A stretch of DNA of 64,000 nucleotides. Source: an uncultured Alphaproteobacteria bacterium. GTDB taxonomy: Bacteria > Pseudomonadota > Alphaproteobacteria > Sphingomonadales > Sphingomonadaceae. Under the pieces are notes generated by a model, which was not told the origin of the DNA, made no database searches, and was given only the letters and a program-made list of their open reading frames with translations. This document shows, in pieces, positions 46,274 through 56,344 of this stretch. The position numbers were made by a program, and so were the translations under genes. Every line of letters begins with the position of its first letter. Within the stretch, counting starts at the first letter, position 1. The DNA lies in NCBI GenBank assembly GCA_963802055.1, contig CAWDHC010000005.1, positions 859,168-923,167 on the forward strand, read 5' to 3'.

Positions 46274-46315
46274 TTGTTATTTTCCTTTGTTGCAGTTGCC
46301 CCTAAAGCCCTCCTC

Positions 46316-46912
46316 ATGGCATCGCAAGAAATAGACGCATTGGCGCAAGCCTTATCGAAGCTACCCGGGCTTGGTCCCCGTTCAGCGCGGCGGGTGGTGC
46401 TGCATTTGATGAAAAAGCGCGAAAGTGTGATGCAGCCCTTGCTGCGGGCATTGACCAACGTGAACGAACATCTAGTAACATGTGATACATGCGGCAATGT
46501 TGACACCGTTAACCCCTGTGGCATTTGCTGCGATCCGCGGCGAGATACGCGCTCGATCTGCGTGGTAGAGGAAGTTTCGGACCTTTGGGCGCTGGATCGG
46601 TCGCGGCTATTTCCCGGCAAATACCATATATTGGGCGGGCGGCTCTCTGCTTTAGATGGCGTGCGGCCAGAAGATTTGAATATCGACGGCCTTGTAAACC
46701 GCATCGCGGCTGGCGGTGTTGACGAAGTGGTGCTGGCGATGAATGCAACGCTCGATGGCCAAACCACGGCGCATTATCTGGCCGAGCGGCTGGAGAATTA
46801 CCCTGTCCGCTTGACCCAATTGGCGCATGGCTTGCCTGTGGGAGGAGAGCTGGATTATCTGGATGATGGCACATTAGCGCAGGCGCTGCGGGCAAGGCGG
46901 CCTGTTGGGTGA
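46316..46912 (+). CDS. recR: Recombination mediator RecR
   Basis: [12 protein letters not shown]4 zinc finger CDTC..CGIC, Toprim region, [14 protein letters not shown]. Start set at ATG 46316. Confidence 0.95.
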   Translation: MASQEIDALAQALSKLPGLGPRSARRVVLHLMKKRESVMQPLLRALTNVNEHLVTCDTCGNVDTVNPCGICCDPRRDTRSICVVEEVSDLWALDRSRLFPGKYHILGGRLSALDGVRPEDLNIDGLVNRIAAGGVDEVVLAMNATLDGQTTAHYLAERLENYPVRLTQLAHGLPVGGELDYLDDGTLAQALRARRPVG

Positions 46913-46918
46913 GGCGGC

Positions 46919-46947
46919 CTTGACCATCGGCTCGTCAATCCCTATCT
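46919..46947 (+). promoter_or_regulatory. RpoH (sigma32)-like promoter upstream of def, probably leaderless
   Basis: CTTG (46919-22), 18 nt, CCTATCT (46941-47). ATG follows 7 nt later with no SD. Confidence 0.55.
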
Positions 46948-46954
46948 GGCCGAT

Positions 46955-47521
46955 ATGGCAATTTTATCTATCCTTGAAGTCCCCCATCCGCTGCTGAAAA
47001 CTATATCACAGCCCGTCACAGTATTTGATGATGGCCTGCGCCAGCTGGTCGATGATATGTTTGAAACCATGTATGATGCGCCGGGCATTGGCCTTGCCGC
47101 TGTGCAGGTGGGCGTGGCAAAGCGCGTGCTGGTGATTGATCTGCAAACGCCCGCCCCGCATGATCATGGGCATGACCATGAACATGGCGCGCATTGTGAC
47201 CATGACCATGAGGTAATCCGCGACCCGCGGATTTTCATAAACCCCGAAATTCTTGATCCTTCAGAAGACCTGACGATTTACAATGAAGGCTGCTTGTCTG
47301 TTCCTGATCAATATGCCGACGTGGAACGCCCCGCCACCATCCGCGCCCGCTGGCAGGATCTGGACGGCAAAGTGCATGAAGAAGATATGGGCGATCTGAT
47401 GGCCACTTGCTTGCAACATGAGATGGACCATTTGGAAGGCATATTGTTCATCGACCATCTCAGCCGGATGAAACGGCAGATGGTTCTAAAAAAACTAGAG
47501 AAACAGCGTAAGGCGGCTTAA
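46955..47521 (+). CDS. def: Peptide deformylase with His-rich insertion
   Basis: GIGLAAVQ, EGCLS, QHEMDHL. Confidence 0.96.
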   Translation: MAILSILEVPHPLLKTISQPVTVFDDGLRQLVDDMFETMYDAPGIGLAAVQVGVAKRVLVIDLQTPAPHDHGHDHEHGAHCDHDHEVIRDPRIFINPEILDPSEDLTIYNEGCLSVPDQYADVERPATIRARWQDLDGKVHEEDMGDLMATCLQHEMDHLEGILFIDHLSRMKRQMVLKKLEKQRKAA

Positions 47522-47543
47522 TTTTTTTAGTTGATCTAGTCCT

Positions 47544-48776
47544 TCAGGGTTTGAACGCTTGCGGGGCGGCTTCAACCGTCACGAATTTACCGGGCTGAAT
47601 TTCCTGCACCTCCAGCATTCTTTCCGATAATCCGTCCCGCGTGAAGCGGAATGCGCCATCCACACCGATAAAACCGTCCGCTGCTGTTAAGCGTTCGATT
47701 GGGAAAGTCGTCCCCAATTTCCAATTTTGCGCCACGCGAATAGTGAGCAGGATGGAATCATAGCCAAGGCTGGCGAGCCGCAATGGCGCTTTGCCATAGC
47801 GGGCGCGATATTTGTCCGCAAAGGAGCGATAATAGCCATCAGAAACACTGGCGAACCATGCGCCGTTCATGACCGGGCTGCTCGCCAGGCGGCCGTTTAT
47901 ATTCCACAATTCAGTTCCTAAGACCCGAGCGCTTTCCATGCCATGACTGTGCAATGAAGCGGCGATTGCCAATGGCGCTGATCCGGTGTCCGTCAACAGC
48001 ACCGCGTCGATTTTGCCGCCTGCCTGCAATTGGGCCGCTTGCAATTTGCTTGTCGCCGCGTCGATTGAGGCGGTTGACCCGTCAATTTCCTGCACGCTGA
48101 CCAAAGTTCCACCCGCATTTTTCACCGAGCGGATAAAGTTTGAGCTTGCCCTTTGGCCATAGACATTTTTCGATATGATGGCGCCAAATCGGTTCAGACC
48201 GCGTGATTTGGCATAGCGAACGATACGATCAATGGCTTGATTTGGCAAATGGCCAAGCAGGAAGACATTTTGGTTGGCAACGCCTGCATCGTTGGAAAAG
48301 CTGATGATTGGAACGTTTTTAGGCTGCGCTATGCCCGCGACTGTCACGACATTATCGCCGCGAAGTGGGCCTAATATCAGCTTATTTCCCTCGGCCATCG
48401 CAAGCTGCGCTGCGCCTGCTGCGTCATTGGCGGTATCATAGGTTTTAAGAGTGATGCTGGTATTTTTGGTGTCCACCAAGGCCATTGCTGCTGCATTGGC
48501 AAGTGCACGGCCAACATCGCCATCTGGCCCTGTGATCGGCAGCAGCAGGGCGACATGATGCTTGCCATCTGCTGGGACCACAATTGCAGGCTCAGGCGCG
48601 GCGGCTGGCACTTGCCCGCCGCGCGGCACGACCGTTTGGCAAGCGGCAAGCAGCGCGAGTGAGGACAGCGCACAAAGCTGTATCGCCTTTTTTGCAGGAT
48701 GGCCTGCAGGCGCGGCGCTGAAGGGCGCATGACATTGTTGCGGATTAAATTTCTTTGCTGCAAAGCTTGCCGTCAT
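47544..48776 (-). CDS. Penicillin-binding protein activator (LpoA-like) lipoprotein, periplasmic-binding-protein fold
   Basis: Lipobox LAAC, VALLLP.TG, LILGPL, ASLGYDS, FIGVDGAFRF; divergent from rsmI. Start is uncertain. Confidence 0.8.
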   Translation of the reverse strand: MTASFAAKKFNPQQCHAPFSAAPAGHPAKKAIQLCALSSLALLAACQTVVPRGGQVPAAAPEPAIVVPADGKHHVALLLPITGPDGDVGRALANAAAMALVDTKNTSITLKTYDTANDAAGAAQLAMAEGNKLILGPLRGDNVVTVAGIAQPKNVPIISFSNDAGVANQNVFLLGHLPNQAIDRIVRYAKSRGLNRFGAIISKNVYGQRASSNFIRSVKNAGGTLVSVQEIDGSTASIDAATSKLQAAQLQAGGKIDAVLLTDTGSAPLAIAASLHSHGMESARVLGTELWNINGRLASSPVMNGAWFASVSDGYYRSFADKYRARYGKAPLRLASLGYDSILLTIRVAQNWKLGTTFPIERLTAADGFIGVDGAFRFTRDGLSERMLEVQEIQPGKFVTVEAAPQAFKP

Positions 48777-49662
48777 GACCTTATCCACTCCTGAAAAACC
48801 CGATAACTCAAACCGATATGATTCGGGACTCTACATTGTAGCGACCCCAATCGGCAACCTGTCTGATATATCTGCCCGCGCCATTGCTCTATTTGAAGCA
48901 GCGGAAATTGTGGCCGTCGAGGACAGCCGGGTCACAGGAAAGCTATTGCACCATCTTGGACTGAAGAAGAAAATGCGGCGCTATAACGACCATAGCAGCG
49001 CCGCAGACCGGGAAAATCTGATTCAATTGGCCCGCGAATATGTGGTCGTTCTGGCATCAGATGCGGGCACGCCTCTAATTTCCGATCCGGGCTATAAATT
49101 GGTCCGTGATGCCCGTGCGGCTGGCGTTATGGTCAGCACGGCACCGGGGCCCAATGCTGCAATTGCTGCGCTTTCGATCTGTGGTTTGCCGACGGATCGA
49201 TTTTTATTCGGCGGATTTCTGCCTTCCAAAAAGCAGGCACGGGCACTGGCGATAGCCAATCTGAAATCTATTGATGCCACTTTGGTTTTCTACGAAAGCG
49301 GGCCGCGATTGGGGGCGATGCTCTCGGCCTTGGCGCAGGGGCTGGGGGCAAGGGACGCGGCGATAGCGCGGGAGCTGACCAAGAAATTTGAAGAGGTAGT
49401 CACAGGGACAGTGCACGAGCTTGCCGAGCGATATGCAGCCGAAGAACCCAAAGGCGAGATTGTCGTAATTATCGGCCCGCCAGTTGATCTGGGCGCAGCG
49501 GAATCGGGAGATTTCAATGCGGCTCTCGCCGAAGCGCTCGCACGATTGCCAACCGCAAAGGCAGCGGGCGAAATTGCAAAAAGATTTGGGCTGGAACGCA
49601 GCGATGTTTATGCCCGCGCCACTGAAATGAAATCCGCCATGCTGAAATTTGGAGGCGAATGA
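48775..49662 (+). CDS. rsmI: 16S rRNA (cytidine1402-2'-O)-methyltransferase
   Basis: LYIVATPIGNL.D, SDAGTPLISDPG, FYESGPR, RELTKKFEE. Confidence 0.95.
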   Translation: MTLSTPEKPDNSNRYDSGLYIVATPIGNLSDISARAIALFEAAEIVAVEDSRVTGKLLHHLGLKKKMRRYNDHSSAADRENLIQLAREYVVVLASDAGTPLISDPGYKLVRDARAAGVMVSTAPGPNAAIAALSICGLPTDRFLFGGFLPSKKQARALAIANLKSIDATLVFYESGPRLGAMLSALAQGLGARDAAIARELTKKFEEVVTGTVHELAERYAAEEPKGEIVVIIGPPVDLGAAESGDFNAALAEALARLPTAKAAGEIAKRFGLERSDVYARATEMKSAMLKFGGE

Positions 49663-50015
49663 GCCGCAAAGCTGCCGAAAAGCGCGGCCGCCGCGCTGAA
49701 ACGATAGCGGCTTGGTGGCTGCGGTTGCACGGATGGCGCATTGTTGGCCAGCGCGTGCGCAACCCGCGCGGCGAGGTTGATTTGATCGCGCGGCGCGGCA
49801 AAACGCTCGCTTTTGTCGAGGTGAAGGCGCGAGTGAAGGACAGTGACGTGGCCACCGCCATTGATGCAAGCCGGCTTAAGCGTGTGGCAGCGGCGGCGGA
49901 ATCTTTGGTGCACAGATTTGGCGATGGGGCAGAGAATATCCGTATCGACGTGATATTGGTTGCGCCCCGGCGTTTGCCGCGCCATTTGGTCAATGTCTGG
50001 GATGGAATAAATTAA
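49659..50015 (+). CDS. YraN family protein
   Basis: G..AE, GEVDLIA, LAFVEVKAR; typical rsmI-yraN-gshB context. Confidence 0.9.
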   Translation: MSRKAAEKRGRRAETIAAWWLRLHGWRIVGQRVRNPRGEVDLIARRGKTLAFVEVKARVKDSDVATAIDASRLKRVAAAAESLVHRFGDGAENIRIDVILVAPRRLPRHLVNVWDGIN

Positions 50016-50027
50016 GGAGCACCCGCT

Positions 50028-50982
50028 ATGTCACTGAAAACAGCATTCCAGATGGACCCGATGGAGAGCATCGGTATCAAGGGCGATAGCAGCTTTGCGC
50101 TGATGCTGAGCGCGCAGGAGCGCGGCTATGACATTTGGCATTATGATGTCGAAACGCTCAGCCTTGATGCGAATGACCGGCCTTACGGCATGGGCGCATC
50201 CGGTGCATGATGTGCAGCGCGTGGCGGGCCAGCATTTCCGCTTTGGCGCGCCCAAACGCATCGACCTTGGCCGCGATATTGACGTGGTGATGATGCGGCA
50301 AGACCCGCCTTTCCATGTCGGCTATATCACCGCGACACATTTGCTGGAGCGGATTGAAGGCGAGACTTTAGTGGTAAACAACCCTGTGAGCGTGCGCAAT
50401 GCACCGGAAAAGGTGCTGGTGCTCGATTATCGCCAATATATGCCGCCAACGCTAATCACCCGCTCTTTGGACGAGATTAAAGCGTTCCAAAAGACGCATG
50501 GCGCGGTGGTTATCAAGCCGCTGCATGGCAATGGCGGCAAGGCCATTTTCCGCATTCCAGCGCAGGGCGATAATCTGGGTGCGCTCATCGAAGTGTTCAA
50601 CAATACTTGGCCTGAACCGCATATGGTGCAGCCGTTTTTGCCGGACGTAGCCAAGGGCGATAAGCGCATTGTCTTGATCGACGGCGAAGTCGCAGGCGCA
50701 ATCAACCGCCGCCCGGGCGAGGGCGAGTTTCGCAGCAATCTGGCCGTGGGCGGTAGCGCAGAAGCATGTGCGCTCACCCCGCGCGAAGAAGAAATCTGCG
50801 CCGCAATGGGGCCAAGACTGAAAGAGCTAGGCCTGATTTTTGTCGGAATTGACGTGATTGGCGGGCAATGGCTGACCGAAATTAACGTGACGTCGCCGAC
50901 GGGTATTGTCGCCATTGATGGCTTTAACGGAACCGATACGCCGGGCATGATCTGGGATGCTTGCCGGGCGCGGCTAAAATAG
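50028..50982 (+). CDS. gshB: Glutathione synthetase; apparent +1 frameshift at ~50181
   Basis: AFQMDP..GDSSFALM in frame 0; MRQDPPF, PEK, KPLHGNGG, GDKRI, FRSNL, EINVTSPTG in the +1 frame. Span is 318x3+1 nt. Confidence 0.92.
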
Positions 50983-50999
50983 ACTGACCAGTTTAACGC

Positions 51000-51908
51000 T
51001 CAAGCTCTGGGATGCGCGTTAATATATTCATCCAGCAACATCGCGGTATCGACCGCCGTATAAACTTGCGTTGAACTTAAACTGGCATGGCCCAACAGCT
51101 CTTGCAAGCTCCGCAAATCTGCGCCGCCCGCAAGCAAATGCGTGGCGAAGCTGTGGCGCAGGGCATGGGGTGTGGTTTTGTCAGACAGGTTCAGGCGGCC
51201 CCTTGCGCCTTGCACGGCGCGGCGGATGAGGGCGGGGGAGAGCGGCCCGCCACGTGCCCCGCGAAACAGCGGCTGGTCCTTGGCTGGCGGATAGGGGCAG
51301 AGGGCGAGATAGTCTTCGATAGCGGTTTTAACCTGTGGTAATAACGGCACTATGCGTGTCTTGTCGCGCTTACCGAGCACGCGGATCGTGTCGGAAAGTG
51401 GCAACACATTGCCCATCATCCCGGTGGCTTCGCTGATCCGAAGGCCGCTGCCATAAAGCAGAAGCAATACCGCCCAGTCCCGTGCACCTATCCAGCTTTC
51501 GCGGGCCGTTTCCGCGATGTCTTCGGCCAAGGCGAGCACATCATCTGGGCTAACAGGGCGGGGCAGGCTGCGTGGCACACGGGGGCCTTTTAGCGCGGGC
51601 AGGGTGGCGCCCTCGCCAAGAGCAAAGCGCAGGAAATTTCTGATGGCGGAAAGCTCCCGCGCGGTGCTGCGGTTGGTGAGGCCGTCTGTTCTGCGATGCG
51701 CCAAAAACGCCCGGATGTCTGCTGAACTGAGCGCCGCCAAAGTGTTGCGGTCTGCCAAATGCCCCCAATGTTCGCCAAGGAACGAGACAAGCCGCTGCGC
51801 CGTTGCCACATAAGCAAGCACGGTCGCGCCAGATTGGCGGCGATTATCCGCGAGGTAACTACGATATTCGGCGATTAGGGCAGGATGATGGGTGGCTTCA
51901 TCGTTCAT
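51000..51908 (-). CDS. xerC: Tyrosine recombinase XerC
   Basis: LYGSGLRISE, GKRDKTR.VP, HALRHSFATHLL.GGADLR..QELLGH..LSSTQVY; housekeeping context. Confidence 0.88.
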   Translation of the reverse strand: MNDEATHHPALIAEYRSYLADNRRQSGATVLAYVATAQRLVSFLGEHWGHLADRNTLAALSSADIRAFLAHRRTDGLTNRSTARELSAIRNFLRFALGEGATLPALKGPRVPRSLPRPVSPDDVLALAEDIAETARESWIGARDWAVLLLLYGSGLRISEATGMMGNVLPLSDTIRVLGKRDKTRIVPLLPQVKTAIEDYLALCPYPPAKDQPLFRGARGGPLSPALIRRAVQGARGRLNLSDKTTPHALRHSFATHLLAGGADLRSLQELLGHASLSSTQVYTAVDTAMLLDEYINAHPRA

Positions 51909-51920
51909 GAGCGGACGCTA

Positions 51921-53081
51921 TCACGGTGATGCCTCTGCCTCAACCGCGACGATTTGCGGTAATATCGCGTCCAGCAGCGGCATGCCCTTTGCGGTGATGG
52001 TCAAATGGTCGCCAGCCAGCACAAGCATATCCAGCGCGGCGATTTTTTGCGCGGCGATATTATCGATCAGCGCGCCGTATGGCACGCCCGTTCGCGCCGA
52101 TATATCCGCCAAATTGACGCCTTCACGCAGCCGCAGCCCCATCAGCAACGCTTCCATCGCCCGCGTAGCCGGATCGAGCGCCTCTTCGGACACTATGCCA
52201 TGCTGATTGCGGGCCATAGCCGCCAGATAATTTTCCGGCTTTTTATGCCGCTGTGTCGCCATGCTCAGCCGCCGCCCATGTGCGCCGGGGCCAATGCCGA
52301 TATAATCCTGATAGCGCCAATAGATCAGGTTATGGCGGCTTTCTTCGCCAATGCGGGCATGGTTGCTAATCTCATAAGCGGGCAGGCCAGCACCGGCCAT
52401 CATGTCCTGCGTGATGTCATATAATTCAGCGCCGTGGTCATCATCAGCGGGGGTGAATACGCCCTTGCGAACATCGCTGGCAAAGCGCGTGCCTTCTTCA
52501 ATGGTGAGCTGATATAGCGACAAATGGCCGGTTCCAAAGCCAATGGCGCGGCGCAATTCTTCGCGCCACTCCGCCGCGCTTTGGCTGGGCCGAGCATAGA
52601 TTAAATCAAATGTTACGCGGCCAAATTCGCGTTGCGCGGTGGCGAGGGCTTGCAGGCTTTCGGCGACATTATGTGCCCGCCCCAAAAAGGCCAGCGCATC
52701 ATCATCCAGCGCCTGAAGCCCCAATGACACGCGGTTCACGCCCGCCGCCGCGAGATCCGCAAAGCGAGCGGCCTCAACCGATGACGGATTGGCCTCCAGC
52801 GTGATTTCTATATCGGGCGCAAAGCCCCAATGTTGCTGCGCTGCGTTGATTAAAGCTGCTACGGTGGCGGGCGGCATCAAGCTGGGGGTGCCGCCGCCGA
52901 AGAATATGGAAGATAGCTTGCGGCCAGTGGTAAGCGCGGCTTCATGCGCCATATCGGCCAGCAGTGCCTCTAGCCAAGCCTGTTGGTCAATACCTTCGCG
53001 CACATGGCTGTTAAAATCACAATAGGGGCATTTGGAAACGCAGAATGGCCAGTGGATATATAGGGCAAGAGGCTGCGTCAT
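51921..53081 (-). CDS. hemW: Radical SAM heme chaperone HemW
   Basis: YIHWPFCVSKCPYCDF, FFGGGTPS, EANP, YEISN. Confidence 0.92.
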   Translation of the reverse strand: MTQPLALYIHWPFCVSKCPYCDFNSHVREGIDQQAWLEALLADMAHEAALTTGRKLSSIFFGGGTPSLMPPATVAALINAAQQHWGFAPDIEITLEANPSSVEAARFADLAAAGVNRVSLGLQALDDDALAFLGRAHNVAESLQALATAQREFGRVTFDLIYARPSQSAAEWREELRRAIGFGTGHLSLYQLTIEEGTRFASDVRKGVFTPADDDHGAELYDITQDMMAGAGLPAYEISNHARIGEESRHNLIYWRYQDYIGIGPGAHGRRLSMATQRHKKPENYLAAMARNQHGIVSEEALDPATRAMEALLMGLRLREGVNLADISARTGVPYGALIDNIAAQKIAALDMLVLAGDHLTITAKGMPLLDAILPQIVAVEAEASP

Positions 53082-53087
53082 CGCGGC

Positions 53088-53715
53088 TTAAAATACCGCC
53101 GCGACCAGTTTTGCGAAAGCATCTGCGCGGTGGCTTATCGCGTGTTTTTCGGCAGGGTCGATCTCTGCAAAGCTTTGACTTGCGCCCGTGGGCACAAATA
53201 CCGGATCATAACCAAAACCTAATGTTCCGCGCGGGGGCCAGCATAGCGATCCATGCACGCGGCCTTCGAAAACTTCCTCATGCCCATCTGGCCATGCGAT
53301 TGCCAAGGTGCAGATGAAATAGGCGCTGCGGTCAGTTTCTGGCCCCAATTCCGCCAGCTTTCCTTCTACCTTACCCATCGCCATATACCAATCCCGCCCG
53401 GGGCCGCCCTCGTAATGCTGCCGCTCTGCCCAATCGGCCGTGTAAACGCCTGGCGCGCCGCCCAATGCAGCCACGCATAAGCCGCTGTCATCCGACAAAG
53501 CGGGCAGGCCGCTGCCTTGCGCCGATGCATGGGCTTTAATCAGCGCATTTTCGGGAAAAGGTCGTTCCGGTTTCTTCCGGCTCCGGCAGGCCAAGATCAC
53601 CCGCAGAAACAAGGTCCATCCCAAAGGGCGCAAGCAGGGCGGAAATTTCCTTCAGTTTACCCGCATTATGCGTGGCCAGAACGAGTTTGCCGGGTGGGAG
53701 TTTGCGGATGGTCAT
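53088..53715 (-). CDS. rdgB: RdgB/HAM1 non-canonical purine NTP pyrophosphatase; apparent +1 frameshift at ~53553-53559
   Basis: LATHNAGK..E..PEPEETGTTF in frame 0; ENALIKA, ALSDDSGL, FGYDPVF, SHR in the +1 frame. Span is 209x3+1 nt. Confidence 0.92.
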
Positions 53716-53728
53716 GCAATATGTCCTC

Positions 53729-53766
53729 AAAAAAACTACGCCGCTCCAGCCGTCGCTGGTGCAGCG
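53729..53766 (-). terminator. Intrinsic-terminator-like hairpin between rph and rdgB
   Basis: Minus strand cgctgc-a-ccagc-gacg-gctgg-a-gcggcg followed by tagTTTTTTT. Confidence 0.5.
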
Positions 53767-53790
53767 TGGATGTTTAATCAAAACGATTTT

Positions 53791-54504
53791 CTACCTAACA
53801 GCAGCAGCCTGCGCCGCAAAAATTTTGTCACAGCCCATCCGGCCCAAACGCAGCAAGCGCAGCAGCGCTTCCTCGTCATAAGTCGCGCCTTCAGCAGTGG
53901 CCTGCACCTCGGCAATTTTGCCGCCTTCGATCAGCACAAAATTGGCGTCGGCATCCGCCTTGCTGTCTTCGTCATAATCCAGATCGAGCACGGGCGTGCC
54001 ATTGTAAATGCCGCAGCTGATGGCGGCGACATGAGCGATGATCGGGTCGTGCTTGATCGCGCCGGATTTCAGCAGGCCATCCACCGCAAGCCGCATCGCT
54101 ACCCATGCGCCGGAAATGGAGGCCGTGCGCGTGCCGCCATCGGCTTGGATCACATCGCAATCGAGCGTGATTTGATGTTCGCCAAGCTTTTTCATATCGA
54201 CGACAGCGCGTAAGGACCGCCCAATAAGCCGCTGAATTTCCTGTGTCCGGCCAGATTGCTTGCCTTTGGCGGCCTCACGCTGGCTGCGGGTGTGGGTGGA
54301 GCGTGGCAGCATGGAATATTCGCCCGTGACCCAGCCCTCACCCTTGCCGCGCATCCAAGGCGGCAGGCGGTCTTCCACGCTGGCGGTCACCAAAACCCGG
54401 GTATCACCAAAGCTGATGAGGCAAGAGCCTTCGGCATGTTTGGTAAAACCAGTTTCGATGGTGAGGGCGCGCATTTCGTCTGGGGCCCGGCCTGATGGAC
54501 GCAT
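53791..54504 (-). CDS. rph: Ribonuclease PH
   Basis: [39 protein letters not shown]. Confidence 0.96.
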   Translation of the reverse strand: MRPSGRAPDEMRALTIETGFTKHAEGSCLISFGDTRVLVTASVEDRLPPWMRGKGEGWVTGEYSMLPRSTHTRSQREAAKGKQSGRTQEIQRLIGRSLRAVVDMKKLGEHQITLDCDVIQADGGTRTASISGAWVAMRLAVDGLLKSGAIKHDPIIAHVAAISCGIYNGTPVLDLDYDEDSKADADANFVLIEGGKIAEVQATAEGATYDEEALLRLLRLGRMGCDKIFAAQAAAVR

Positions 54505-54601
54505 GATATTCTCCTAATTTTGAATTGGCCATTATCTGACTTGGGGCCATAGCCGGATGGTCAGGCTTTGCAAGTTCGTCGCTTTCGATTATCAGAAGTT
54601 T

Positions 54602-55645
54602 ATGACGATCCCGCCGATCACCGAACTCAACGACCGTACGCGGAATATTTTCCGCATGGTGGTGGAAAGCTATCTTGATAACGGCGCTCCTGTGGGTAGC
54701 CGCACGATCAGCAAATTTGCAGGTTTAAACCTTTCCCCGGCCTCGATCCGCAATGTTATGTCTGATCTGGAAGAGGTGGGTTTGCTGTCTGCGCCGCATA
54801 CCAGCGCGGGGCGGATGCCGACCGATTCTGGCTTGCGGCTGTTTGTCGATGGCATGATGCAGGCTTCCGAACCTTCTGCAGAAGAGCGCCGTGCGATTGA
54901 ATCGCAGTTAAGCGGGGAAGGCCCGCTCGAAGAGGCGTTGGCGGCAGCGACTTCGGTATTGTCCGGGCTTTCGGCATGCGCTGGGCTGGTGCTCGTGCCA
55001 AAGCGGGAGGCCGTGCTGAAACAATTTAGCTTTGTGCGGATTTCGCCGTTGCAGGTGCTGGCGATTATGGTCGGTCAAGATGGCAGCGTGGAAAACCGCA
55101 TCCTCAATGTTGCCGCCGATGTGAGTGACAATATATTGGCGGAATCATCAAATTATATGACCGCGCGGCTATCTGGCCTGACCTTGTCTGCGGCCTTGGC
55201 GCGGATCGATACCGAGATACGAGCCGAAAAAGCGGAGCTGGATAAGGCAAGCGCGGCTTTGGTGCGCAGCGGCCTGGCGATATGGTCGCTAGATGGCAAT
55301 GAACGGCCCGTGCTGATCGTGAAAGGCCAGTCCAATTTGCTCGATGATGCCGCCGCCGCAGATTTGGACCGGGTGCGGCAATTGCTGGATGAACTGGAAA
55401 GCAAAGAGGAGATAGCGCGGCTGGTCGATAGTGCCCGGGATGCGCAATCTGCTCGGATATTCATCGGCGCGGAAAATAATTTATTTTCACTGTCCGGTTC
55501 TTCGGTCATCGCCGCGCCTTACCGCGATGAAGGCGGCAGGGTTGTGGGTGTGGTTGGCGTGATTGGGCCCACGCGGCTGAATTATGCGCGGATCGTGCCG
55601 ATGGTCGATTTTACCGCGCAGGCGCTCAGCCGCTTGATGAAGTAG
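54602..55645 (+). CDS. hrcA: Heat-inducible transcription repressor HrcA
   Basis: PVGSRTIS, SPASIRNVMSDLE, PHTSAGRMPT, GVIGPTRLNY. Start set at ATG 54602. Confidence 0.95.
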   Translation: MTIPPITELNDRTRNIFRMVVESYLDNGAPVGSRTISKFAGLNLSPASIRNVMSDLEEVGLLSAPHTSAGRMPTDSGLRLFVDGMMQASEPSAEERRAIESQLSGEGPLEEALAAATSVLSGLSACAGLVLVPKREAVLKQFSFVRISPLQVLAIMVGQDGSVENRILNVAADVSDNILAESSNYMTARLSGLTLSAALARIDTEIRAEKAELDKASAALVRSGLAIWSLDGNERPVLIVKGQSNLLDDAAAADLDRVRQLLDELESKEEIARLVDSARDAQSARIFIGAENNLFSLSGSSVIAAPYRDEGGRVVGVVGVIGPTRLNYARIVPMVDFTAQALSRLMK

Positions 55646-55666
55646 CGCCCTAAAAAACAAACGCGG

Positions 55667-55694
55667 CTTGATCTAAAATAAACTGCGCATATAT
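55667..55694 (+). promoter_or_regulatory. RpoH-like promoter of grpE
   Basis: CTTG, 17 nt, CATATAT (one mismatch to the alphaproteobacterial CTTG-N17/18-CYTATNT consensus). Confidence 0.55.
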
Positions 55695-55759
55695 GCAGCG
55701 CATATGCAAGCGCACAACCAATGGCCTTCTCGCCAGACAGAACAGGTAAAAGCAGGACT

Positions 55760-56344
55760 ATGACTGACGACACTTCAAAAACAACAGATGAAGCCGCCGA
55801 ACAAGAGATGGCCAGAAAAGAGCTGGAAGGCGTGCCGGAGCATTTGAAGGATGATGGGGGCGATGCTGCCGCTGCCGACGAACTTGCGCTGCTGAAGGAA
55901 AAGCTCGCCGAGACGGAACAAGAAGTTTTATACGCCAAGGCCGACACCCAAAATGTGCGCCGCCGGATGGAGAAAGAAGCCGCCGATGCGCGCGCTTATG
56001 CCGCCACCAACTTTGCCCGCGATGTGTTGTCTGTGGCCGATAACCTGACCCGTGCGTTGGAGGCTATACCAATCGACCTGCGCGAAGATGAAAAATTTAA
56101 AGGCTTGGTTGTTGGCTTGGAAGCGACAGGCCGTGAGCTGGACAGCGTGTTTGCCAAAAATGGCATTACGCGGATAGCCGCCATGGGCCTGCCGCTCGAT
56201 CCTAATCAGCATCAGGCAATGGTGGAAATTCCCACTGCTGATAAAGAACCCGGCATCGTCGTAGCAGAAATGCAGGCGGGCTATATGATCAAGGACCGAC
56301 TTTTGCGGCCGGCGATGGTTGGGGTTTCGAAGAAGGTTGATTGA
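55760..56344 (+). CDS. grpE: Nucleotide exchange factor GrpE
   Basis: ADTQNVRRR, LSVADNL.RA, DPNQHQA, GYMIKDRLLRPAMV. ATG 55760 follows an AGGA RBS. Confidence 0.95.
   Translation: MTDDTSKTTDEAAEQEMARKELEGVPEHLKDDGGDAAAADELALLKEKLAETEQEVLYAKADTQNVRRRMEKEAADARAYAATNFARDVLSVADNLTRALEAIPIDLREDEKFKGLVVGLEATGRELDSVFAKNGITRIAAMGLPLDPNQHQAMVEIPTADKEPGIVVAEMQAGYMIKDRLLRPAMVGVSKKVD

Noticed and set aside
51000-51908. Tyrosine recombinase as a prophage or island integrase
   Set aside because: XerC-type sequence in housekeeping context, with no att repeats, tRNA or phage genes.
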